From UHGV virus genome UHGV-0213869: DNA of 10,127 nt; one strand, given 5' to 3'. Below are positions 1 to 6,517 of the stretch, piece after piece (the first letter of the stretch is position 1; the number at the start of each line of letters is the position of its first letter). Position numbers and translations under genes: made by a program. A model generated the notes under the pieces. The model made no database searches. It was not told the DNA's origin and was given only the letters and a program-made list of their open reading frames with translations. The DNA is from a virus.

Positions 1-494
1 ATGCCGACGGGCAGGTCGGGCTGCCGGTTCGTGGCGCTGTCCTGACGGTGTATATCGGCTGGAAAGGTTTTGCCCTGGTATGCAAAGGGAAATTTACCGT
101 TGATGAGGTTGAACACCGGGGCGCGCCGGATGTGGTTACCATCCGCGCCCGGAGTGCAGATTTTCGCGGGACGCTCAATTCCCGCCGTGAAGGCTCCTGG
201 CATGACACCACGCTCGGTGCGATTGTTGAGGCGATCGCCTCCCGTAACAGGCTGGAAGCCAGTGTCGCTCCGTCACTGGCCGGAATTAAAATCCCGCACA
301 TCGACCAGTCGCAGGAGTCCGATGTGAAATTCCTGACCCGTCTTGCTGAACGCAACGGCGGTGAGGTGTCGGTAAAAATGGGAAAACTGTTGTTTCTCAA
401 AGCGGGGCAGGGAGTGACGGCCAGCGGTAAAAAAATCCCGCAGGTCACCATAACCCGCAGCGACGGCGACCGCCATCATTTTGCGATTGCTGAC
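1..494 (+). pseudogene. D: Internal fragment of tail protein D (P2 gpD-like), about residues 57-219, encoded on the plus strand, opposite to the rest of the operon
   Basis: Plus-strand frame reads ...DADGQVGLPVRGAVLTVYIGWKGFALVCKGKFTVDEVEHRGAPDVVTIRARSADFRGTLNSRREGSWHDTTLGAIVEAIASRNRLEASVAPSLAGIKIPHIDQSQESDVKFLTRLAERNGGEVSVKMGKLLFLKAGQGVTASGKKIPQVTITRSDGDRHHFAIAD, then leaves the gpD sequence as I recall it. It is open at the left edge of the window. Confidence 0.7.
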
Positions 495-645
495 CGGGCG
501 CGGATGGTGACTACATCCGGTGCGCCCCGGTGTTCAACCTCATCAACGGTAAATTTCCCTTTGCATACCAGGGCAAAACCTTTCCAGCCGATATACACCG
601 TCAGGACAGCGCCACGAACCGGCAGCCCGACCTGCCCGTCGGCAT
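1..645. repeat. Imperfect inverted repeat inside gene D: arm 1..152 is the reverse complement of arm 494..645 (149 of 152 identical)
   Basis: Hand alignment of the reverse complement of 1-152 with 494-645. The three mismatches (arm positions about 509, 512 and 521) are all synonymous third-codon positions in the D frame. Confidence 0.85.
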
Positions 646-811
646 CGTTCAGTTCAATATCAAGCTGGTCAGCCTCAAAGCCCCGGTTATCCGTCAGGGT
701 CATACTCATCAGACGGTCGCTGATATTGCCGGTAATATCCCTGCTGTCGAGCATCAGCATGTAATCCGGCGTCAGCGTACTGCCTGCATCAAATGTCAGT
801 GCATCCAGCAT
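476..811 (-). CDS. D: Tail protein D (P2 gpD-like late control D), N-terminal 108 residues only; ORF ends prematurely in IAK-stop at the orientation breakpoint
   Basis: ATG at 811..809 overlaps the U stop (TAATG). Translation is MLDALTFDAGSTLTPDYMLMLDSRDITGNISDRLMSMTLTDNRGF...VVTIRARSA followed by 3 unrelated codons and a stop at 476-478. Confidence 0.85.
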   Translation of the reverse strand: MLDALTFDAGSTLTPDYMLMLDSRDITGNISDRLMSMTLTDNRGFEADQLDIELNDADGQVGLPVRGAVLTVYIGWKGFALVCKGKFTVDEVEHRGAPDVVTIRARSAIAK

Positions 812-1290
812 TATCCCGCCCCCGTCATATCCGTGAATTTAGTCGCCATACTGCCAGCCTTACCGATGAGCGATTCCGCCTGTTTACCGATATCGCCATA
901 AAGCGCGGCCAGTGATTCATCAACGCGGGTGAGCGACAGCGTAAAATCAATTTTCCGGGGTGTGCCGTCTGCAAAGAAAATACTCCCTGTTTCACTCACC
1001 CTGCTGATGACATACATGCCGTAAATCATGCCAGTGCCATCCAGCAACGGCCACGCCCGGCCTTCCTCTGCCATCAGCCTGAGCGTGGTCATCGTCAGCT
1101 TTCCGCCGGTCAGTTCGGGATAAAGCACACCGGCAAGCGTCATGTTTTCCTCACCCACACCGAGAAACTGATAGGCATCCCGTTTACCAATACGGGAATT
1201 TGACGGCCAGCGATAATCCGATTCACGTTGCATGGTCTGGTGCGGCAGCGTCTGGCGCATAAAAACAAACATCCCTAACGCGAGCATCAT
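811..1290 (-). CDS. U: Phage tail protein U (P2 gpU), 159 aa, intact
   Basis: 159-aa ORF MMLALGMFVFMRQTLPHQTMQRESDYRWPSNSRIGKRDAYQFLGVGEENMTLAGVLYPELTGG..., same length as P2 gpU; sits between T and D as in P2. Confidence 0.93.
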   Translation of the reverse strand: MMLALGMFVFMRQTLPHQTMQRESDYRWPSNSRIGKRDAYQFLGVGEENMTLAGVLYPELTGGKLTMTTLRLMAEEGRAWPLLDGTGMIYGMYVISRVSETGSIFFADGTPRKIDFTLSLTRVDESLAALYGDIGKQAESLIGKAGSMATKFTDMTGAG

Positions 1291-1304
1291 TTTTCGTCAC
1301 CTCC

Positions 1305-2906
1305 TTAACCGTCATGCATCATGCTGGCACGGGCGCGCGCACGTTTATCCCGCTCGTATTTTTCGAGCGCATCCTGTAACTGGCGGTCGAGCTGTGTTCC
1401 CGGTGCATTACCACCCGGCAGGCTGATGTGATATTCGTTTTTACTCTGGTCTACATACGAGCGGCCAGCCGGTGCCGTGACCGGCTGGTAAGCCTGATAG
1501 CCTGCATAAGAGCTGGTCGCCGGAATATAACCACCTGTGCCATACGTGGCGGCATGAGTTCTGGCGGCAGTCTGGTCAAGTGCGTCAGACTCTTTGTTGA
1601 TGACGCCGAGTTTTTCCAGTACCCAGTCAATACCGCTGCGCAGTTTGTTGAACGCATTAAGCGGCAGCATCAGCGCGTCAGCCAGTGCCTGCCCGAACAT
1701 GACGCCCGTGTCACGGCAACGGTTCAGGGTGTCCTGGGTGGCTTTGACCGGGGCAATCAGGTTTTTAAACCACTGCCACGCGGCCTGTAACTTTTCGCCC
1801 AGCCAGTCAAACACCGGTTTCAGTGGCGAGAACAGCTCCCCCACCGGCGCAAATGCTGCTTTCAGCCCTTCAACCACACCACCAAAGAATGCGCTGACAG
1901 GCTCCCAGTATTTACGGATAAGCAACGCCCCGGCGACAATGGCAGCCACCACAGCCACAACCGGCCAGCTAATAGCCCCGATGGCGGTCATAACAGCACT
2001 GCCAACCGTCGTGAAGATTGCCCCCATTGCGCCTGCTGCCGCGATGATGGCATTGATGCCGGTGATAACCGGCCAGGCTACAAGACCAATTGCACCGATG
2101 ATGCCAATCAGCGCCAGCGCGCCACCGGCAATGAGGCCAATGGTTGACGCCAGTGATTTGTTTTTCTTGATCCAGCCGTCGAGTTTTAACACATACTTTG
2201 TGGCCGTCTGCGTGAGATTACGCAGTGCGCCTTCCTGCTGGTCAAACAGGTCAGTCCCCACCGCCTCATAAGCAGACTGAAACTCCTTAAAGTCACCGCC
2301 GAGGTTATCCTGCATGATATTTACCAGCTCGGCGGTCTTCCCGTCTGAGGCTTTAAACGCAGCGGTCAGTTTGTCCAGCTTTCCGGTTGAGGCGGCAGTC
2401 ATCAGCACGGCGGCGGCTGAGCTGGCTTCCTCCCCGAAAATGGTTTTCATGTATTCAGCCTGCTGGGCAGTACCGAGCCGGTTTTTCTCAAAACTGGCCT
2501 GCATTTCTTTCAGAATGGTAAATACTGGTCGGGTGTTTCCCTTACTGTCTGAGGTTTTCACGCCAAGCTCTTTGAGTGCATCCCATGCTTTTCCCGTCGG
2601 TGCCTGCAGGCGACTTAACACGGCACGGCTTCCCGTCCCCGCCATTGAGCCTGTGATTTTTGCATCATGCAGCGCTCCGACCATTGCGGCGGTTTCTTCA
2701 ATGCTGACACCGGCATTTTTTGCCACAGGTGCAGCATAGGTCAGCGCATCGCTCATACCGTCAAAATCGGCGGCGGTTTTGTTCATCGTCATGGAGAGAA
2801 CATCCCCGATATGAGCGACCTTATCGTTTGAAAGCTGAAAGGCGGATTTCATCCCCATCAGCAGGGCAGCGTTTTCTTCCATCGTGCGACGGTTCGCCAG
2901 CGCCAT
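1305..2906 (-). CDS. T: Tail tape measure protein T (P2 gpT-like), C-terminal part, about residues 283-815 (533 aa ORF starting at an internal Met)
   Basis: ORF begins MALANRRTMEENAALLMGMKSAFQLSND... and contains a glycine/alanine-rich hydrophobic stretch typical of tape measure proteins. With the other two pieces the residue count is 815, the P2 gpT length. Confidence 0.88.
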   Translation of the reverse strand: MALANRRTMEENAALLMGMKSAFQLSNDKVAHIGDVLSMTMNKTAADFDGMSDALTYAAPVAKNAGVSIEETAAMVGALHDAKITGSMAGTGSRAVLSRLQAPTGKAWDALKELGVKTSDSKGNTRPVFTILKEMQASFEKNRLGTAQQAEYMKTIFGEEASSAAAVLMTAASTGKLDKLTAAFKASDGKTAELVNIMQDNLGGDFKEFQSAYEAVGTDLFDQQEGALRNLTQTATKYVLKLDGWIKKNKSLASTIGLIAGGALALIGIIGAIGLVAWPVITGINAIIAAAGAMGAIFTTVGSAVMTAIGAISWPVVAVVAAIVAGALLIRKYWEPVSAFFGGVVEGLKAAFAPVGELFSPLKPVFDWLGEKLQAAWQWFKNLIAPVKATQDTLNRCRDTGVMFGQALADALMLPLNAFNKLRSGIDWVLEKLGVINKESDALDQTAARTHAATYGTGGYIPATSSYAGYQAYQPVTAPAGRSYVDQSKNEYHISLPGGNAPGTQLDRQLQDALEKYERDKRARARASMMHDG

Positions 2907-3262
2907 ATTCAGCGAACTGGCCGGAAATATGGCCTCGGTGGGCGCTGCCGGTGTGGGGATTGCGGCGGCGGGAACGATGGCCGGAGTTAAGCTGCTGATG
3001 CCCGGTTATGAGTTTGCGCAGAAAAACTCAGAATTGCAGGCCGTGCTCGGAGTGGCAAAAGACTCCGCCGAAATGGCTGCACTACGCAAACAGGCGCGCC
3101 AGCTCGGCGACAATACCGCCGCCTCGGCAGATGATGCAGCCGGTGCGCAGATTATTATTGCGAAAGCCGGTGGGGATGTTGATGCCATTCAGGCGGCAAC
3201 GCCGGTCACGCTGAACATGGCGCTGGCGAACCGTCGCATGAGGCCATATTTCCGGCCAGTTC
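2885..3262. repeat. Two nested short inverted-repeat pairs bounding the inverted T segment: 2885-2906 with 3217-3238 (22 bp, MALANRR codons) and 2914-2936 with 3240-3262 (23 bp, ELAGNMAS codons)
   Basis: Exact reverse-complement matches read directly from the sequence. Confidence 0.85.
2914..3238 (+). pseudogene. T: Inverted internal segment of tape measure gene T (about residues 182-289), coding on the plus strand
   Basis: Plus-strand translation ELAGNMASVGAAGVGIAAAGTMAGVKLLMPGYEFAQKNSELQAVLGVAKDSAEMAALRKQARQLGDNTAASADDAAGAQIIIAKAGGDVDAIQAATPVTLNMALANRR bridges exactly the end of the N-terminal piece (..ELAGNMAS) and the start of the C-terminal piece (MALANRR..), but in the opposite orientation. 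Confidence 0.8.
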
Positions 3263-3805
3263 CTTTCCGGCCTGATAACGCTGTTTTACTGCGTTAAGTT
3301 TTGCCTGTTGCGCACTGACACGCACCAGCGCATCACGCTGACGGTTAAGCTGTGCGGTGGTTTCACTGATACGGTTTTTCAGTCCCTGCTCATCATGTGC
3401 AAGATTGCGGGTATTAATTCCCACAGCGGCCAGTTCCCGTTGCTGGCGTTTAACGGAATCCGTCAGGTGGTTACATTTCGCCTGTAAGTCCTCCGCCGCA
3501 CGCTTTGCGGATTCCAGCACTTTCGCCTGAGCACGGGTCGGACGTTCGGTGTTTTTAAACTGTGTGGCAAGGGCTTCGGCTTCCTGCCGTGCCTTTTCAA
3601 GTGCATGACCAGTCACGGCAAGCTGTGCGCTGGTCTTGCGAAATCCCTCAATACGGGATGCGTGACCGTTCAGCTCGCGCAGTGATTTTTGTGTTTCCCG
3701 GATATCCCCCGACAGCGACTTACTCGCTGTGCGGATGGATTTAAACGGGCGGGATGCCTGGTCAACAGCCCTGAGCAATACCTGTAATTTTACATTGTTA
3801 CTCAT
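3206..3805 (-). CDS. T: Tail tape measure protein T, N-terminal part (residues 1-189 at 3239..3805), followed by 10 aberrant codons and a stop
   Basis: ATG at 3805 overlaps the E' stop. Translation MSNNVKLQVLLRAVDQASRPFKSIRTASKSLSGDIRETQKSLRELNGHASRIEGFRK...QRYQAGKELAGNMAS, then CDGSPAPCSA-stop, which is antisense of the inverted segment. Confidence 0.88.
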   Translation of the reverse strand: MSNNVKLQVLLRAVDQASRPFKSIRTASKSLSGDIRETQKSLRELNGHASRIEGFRKTSAQLAVTGHALEKARQEAEALATQFKNTERPTRAQAKVLESAKRAAEDLQAKCNHLTDSVKRQQRELAAVGINTRNLAHDEQGLKNRISETTAQLNRQRDALVRVSAQQAKLNAVKQRYQAGKELAGNMASCDGSPAPCSA

Positions 3806-4225
3806 TCGTGTTTCCGCTTCGCCGGAGCGCCTTTTCGCGCCATGTGATGAGTTCGGTCAGGCTCATGGGATACAGTTCTGATGGCGGCCAGTGAAATATC
3901 ACTGCCACATCCGCCATCAGGTCATCGACCGAGAGATTTTTCGGAAACGTCACTGCACCGAGTTCGGCGACAAAAAACCGACCACCTTACCGGCCAGCGC
4001 CACAAGGTCAGGCAGTTCCAGCGCAGCGACTTCCTGCTCGGTCAGCATCGGTGCCGTCATGCGCGGCAGCACCTTAATCAGTGCATCGACTTCGGAGTTC
4101 GCGACCGCTGCCAGACTGACACCGCGCAGCGTCCCGGCATTGGGTTTCATCAGCGTGACCTGTTCGATAACCTGCTCACCACGTTTGACCGGATTGTCCA
4201 GGGTAATGACATTTTCTTTGTTCAT
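3798..4225 (-). CDS. E': E+E' fusion (P2 gpE+E'), made by programmed -1 ribosomal frameshift near the 3' end of E; the extension ends at TAA 3798-3800, overlapping the T start
   Basis: Slippery heptamer TTTTTTG on the minus strand (3977..3971). Reading from it in the -1 frame by hand gives FVAELGAVTFPKNLSVDDLMADVAVIFHWPPSELYPMSLTELITWREKALRRSGNTNE-stop, ending in the ATGAGTAA overlap with T. Confidence 0.8.
3950..4225 (-). CDS. E: Tail assembly chaperone E (P2 gpE), 91 aa
   Basis: 91-aa ORF MNKENVITLDNPVKRGEQVIEQVTLMKPNAGTLRGVSLAAVANSEVDALIKVLPRMTAPMLTEQEVAALELPDLVALAGKVVGFLSPNSVQ; position between FII and T as in P2. Confidence 0.92.
   Translation of the reverse strand: MNKENVITLDNPVKRGEQVIEQVTLMKPNAGTLRGVSLAAVANSEVDALIKVLPRMTAPMLTEQEVAALELPDLVALAGKVVGFLSPNSVQ
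3971..3977 (-). promoter_or_regulatory. Programmed -1 frameshift slippery site TTTTTTG for E/E'
   Basis: Heptamer T6G lies 6 codons before the E stop; the downstream -1 frame is open to the T start. Confidence 0.8.
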
Positions 4226-4281
4226 GGTTTTCTCACTTCTGAATCGGGGTTAACCGGTCAGCCAGGCTGACCGGATGAAAA

Positions 4282-4800
4282 TCACAGGCCGATATTGCGG
4301 CGGTGTTGCTCCAGCCGGTCGACGCCGTTCACCTTCTCAATCATGTTGATGGTGTCGATTTCGACCAGCTCCTTACCGTCCATCGTCAGCCGGAAATAGG
4401 TGCAGACCACGGAGATTTTCGACTCGGTGTCTTCTCCCTGTTTGCCCTCGCCGGTGTCGATTTCTTTCTGACGTCCACGCATGACCACCTCGACGGCCAC
4501 CGTTTCGCCGGTATCGTCGCGCTGGTAAGAGCCTGCAAAACGAATCGGTACGGCATCCACACCGGTTGCGGCGTAAAGCTCCCAGATAACCGAATCCGGG
4601 AAGCCACCGAGCGACCACTCCATTGACAGCGCATCGTCATCAAGGCCGAGGTCTACCGGTGCGCTGCCGTTCATCCCCGCACCGCGATAGTTTTCGAGCT
4701 TACGGGTCAGTTTTGGTAGCGTGACGGACTTCGCGACGCCCTGATAGCTGTAGCCGTTCAGAAAGACGTTCATTAACTTGAGTTTGCGCGGCATTGCCAT
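4282..4800 (-). CDS. FII: Tail tube protein FII (P2 gpFII), 172 aa
   Basis: 172-aa ORF MAMPRKLKLMNVFLNGYSYQGVAKSVTLPKLTRKLENYRGAGMNGSAPVDLGLDDDALSMEW...; same length as P2 FII; directly downstream of FI. Confidence 0.94.
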   Translation of the reverse strand: MAMPRKLKLMNVFLNGYSYQGVAKSVTLPKLTRKLENYRGAGMNGSAPVDLGLDDDALSMEWSLGGFPDSVIWELYAATGVDAVPIRFAGSYQRDDTGETVAVEVVMRGRQKEIDTGEGKQGEDTESKISVVCTYFRLTMDGKELVEIDTINMIEKVNGVDRLEQHRRNIGL

Positions 4801-4812
4801 CGGTCAGGCTCC

Positions 4813-6003
4813 TTAATTGCTGTTAACCGAGGTGACCAGATTTGCCAGGTATTTATCGGTAATACGCTGGCGCAGGGTCAGGTTTTCAAGAGGAGGCACC
4901 GGTGTATAGTCGTAGTCGATATACAGTTTTCCGGCCTTGAGGGTTTCCGCATCGTTGGATTCTTCGCTGAACCAGCAGGTCGCATCCACGATATAGCCGT
5001 TTGTTTTCAGCTCACGGAATTTGGCATTGATGCCGTCAACGATGTCGCGAATCAGCGTTGCGGTGATGGGCTTGTCCACCGCCCACATGTGCGCCTCAGC
5101 CATCGTGTCGGCCATCACCTGCGCGGTGCGGGTGTAGTTTTCAAAGAGGAACAGCGGGTCATCAGAGCAGGTACGGTTACCCCAGAAGCGGAAACCGTCG
5201 CGGCGAATCAGCGTTGTGACGCCTGCCTCGTTCAGCAGGTCAGCATCGGTGCCGGACTCCTGCAAATCCCAGAATACAGATGCGCTGATGCCGGTAACAC
5301 CGTTTACCCCGACGTTGGACAGCGTTTTATGCCAGCCCTGCTCCTGGTCGATTTTAGCACGCAGCCCCAGCGCACGGGCGGTGGCATACGCGGTGGCGGT
5401 AGTGCTGCTGACCGTATCCCATGCGAGGAAATCCGGCCAGATGACCATCAGCTCACGCTGGCTGAAATTCTGGCGGTAGGCTTTCACCTCGGAAATGGTT
5501 TTACAGCCCCATGCGCTGATATACCCGAAAGCGCGCAGCTTCTGACAGACTGATGCCAGTGCAACAGCCACCTCTTTGGTGTCCAGTCCCGGCACGCCGA
5601 GAATACGCGGTTTAACACCGGTTACCGACTCTGCCGCCAGCAGGGCTTTCAGTCCGGTATACTGACCGTTTTCGTCAGTGGTGCCGATGATATTGGAAAC
5701 GGTCTGCGCGAGTTTCGTTTCTTCGTCGTCGCCGGTGCCGTCTTCAACACGCACGACAACGGTGACCGGTTTTGACTGGTCAGCGATGGCCTGCAACGAT
5801 GCCGCCAGCGTGCCTTTTTTACCGGCCTTTGCAATTGCGCTCTGCACATTGGTAATCAGCACCGGTTTATTGAGGGGGAAGGTTTCCGCATCCGCATCGC
5901 TGGCCGTGCAGACCATGCCGACAATGGCAGTGGATACAGTGGAAATGACGCGGGTGCCGTCGTTAATCTCCAGCACCTGCACGCCGTGATGATAGTCACT
6001 CAT
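4813..6003 (-). CDS. FI: Contractile tail sheath protein FI (P2 gpFI), 396 aa
   Basis: 396-aa ORF MSDYHHGVQVLEINDGTRVISTVSTAIVGMVCTASDADAETFPLNKPVLITNVQSAIAKAGKKG...; same length as P2 FI. GGAG ribosome-binding site about 8 nt upstream of the ATG at 6003. Confidence 0.95.
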   Translation of the reverse strand: MSDYHHGVQVLEINDGTRVISTVSTAIVGMVCTASDADAETFPLNKPVLITNVQSAIAKAGKKGTLAASLQAIADQSKPVTVVVRVEDGTGDDEETKLAQTVSNIIGTTDENGQYTGLKALLAAESVTGVKPRILGVPGLDTKEVAVALASVCQKLRAFGYISAWGCKTISEVKAYRQNFSQRELMVIWPDFLAWDTVSSTTATAYATARALGLRAKIDQEQGWHKTLSNVGVNGVTGISASVFWDLQESGTDADLLNEAGVTTLIRRDGFRFWGNRTCSDDPLFLFENYTRTAQVMADTMAEAHMWAVDKPITATLIRDIVDGINAKFRELKTNGYIVDATCWFSEESNDAETLKAGKLYIDYDYTPVPPLENLTLRQRITDKYLANLVTSVNSN

Positions 6004-6107
6004 CCGTTTAACTCCGTGGTTAATGGGTGCAACTATTTTCTGTTGGGCAGTGCATGAGACGCTATTTGACCTGACTGGTCAGTGGATGAAACAACAGATT
6101 AAAGAAA

Positions 6108-6128
6108 AGGCGGGCAATTCGCCCGCCT
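6108..6128 (-). terminator. Rho-independent terminator hairpin (8-bp GC-rich stem AGGCGGGC/GCCCGCCT, loop AATTC), followed on the minus strand by a U-rich tract
   Basis: Stem 6108-6115 pairs with 6121-6128. The minus-strand sequence just 3' of the stem is TTTCTTTAATCT. The plus-strand side has an A-run before the stem and only a weak T tract after it. Confidence 0.6.
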
Positions 6129-6451
6129 GTCCTGATTTGAACTCACTCATTTTCCGACTGACAATTTACATAGCCCAAAAGTTATCAAATCTGACAGTCT
6201 GCTTTGAGTGAGAAGCAGACATTTACTTAACCGGATAGCAAGAGACTTCATACTACAGCTCATACATCATGGTTGATCCCGGAGTTTTCAGCAATGGAAA
6301 TTGCCCACATGATCGTACCGTAACCACATTAGAAGCAGGTTCACTTTGTGAATTTTGATTGTGTCACCCTATCAGTTTTGAATTTTTATAAAAAATATTC
6401 GCAAATTTGTGAATTATGAGAGACATACGAGCATGGACAACCAATGTTACT

Positions 6452-6481
6452 TTCATACACAATGAAGCAACATGATAAAAA
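6452..6481 (+). promoter_or_regulatory. Putative sigma70 promoter of the cargo gene: -35 TTCATA (6452-6457), 18-bp spacer, extended -10 TGaTAAAAA (6473-6481)
   Basis: By-eye match to the consensus in the AT-rich region about 35 nt upstream of the start codon. Several alternative hexamers exist, so this is weak. Confidence 0.25.
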
Positions 6482-6506
6482 TACACTGACTTTAGTAAGT
6501 AAATTT

Positions 6507-6511
6507 AGGAG
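6507..6511 (+). promoter_or_regulatory. Ribosome-binding site AGGAG of the cargo gene, 6 nt upstream of ATG 6518
   Basis: AGGAGattgcgATG. Confidence 0.7.
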
Positions 6512-6517
6512 ATTGCG

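Noticed and set aside
1594-2739. Long plus-strand ORFs (1594..2271, 225 aa; 2314..2739, 141 aa) antisense to the tape measure gene
   Set aside because: They lie wholly inside the minus-strand T coding region, which matches a known phage protein. Their translations are low-complexity Ala/Ser/Pro-rich shadows typical of antisense frames in GC-rich genes, and they have no RBS.
5089-5989. Plus-strand ORFs of 87-154 aa inside the FI region (5089..5553, 5216..5479, 5678..5989)
   Set aside because: Antisense or shadow frames of the intact tail sheath gene; no independent support.
6004-6140. Canonical Ogr-binding TGT-N12-ACA late promoter upstream of FI
   Set aside because: Scanned both strands by eye and found no TGT-N12-ACA; only the unrelated TGACC-N5-GGTCA dyad, reported separately at low interest.
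6023-6322. Small ORFs in the FI-to-cargo intergenic region (6023..6211, 62 aa; a 29-codon ORF from ATG 6269)
   Set aside because: No ribosome-binding sites; the first spans the terminator hairpin; composition and codon use are not gene-like. More likely non-coding promoter and UTR sequence.
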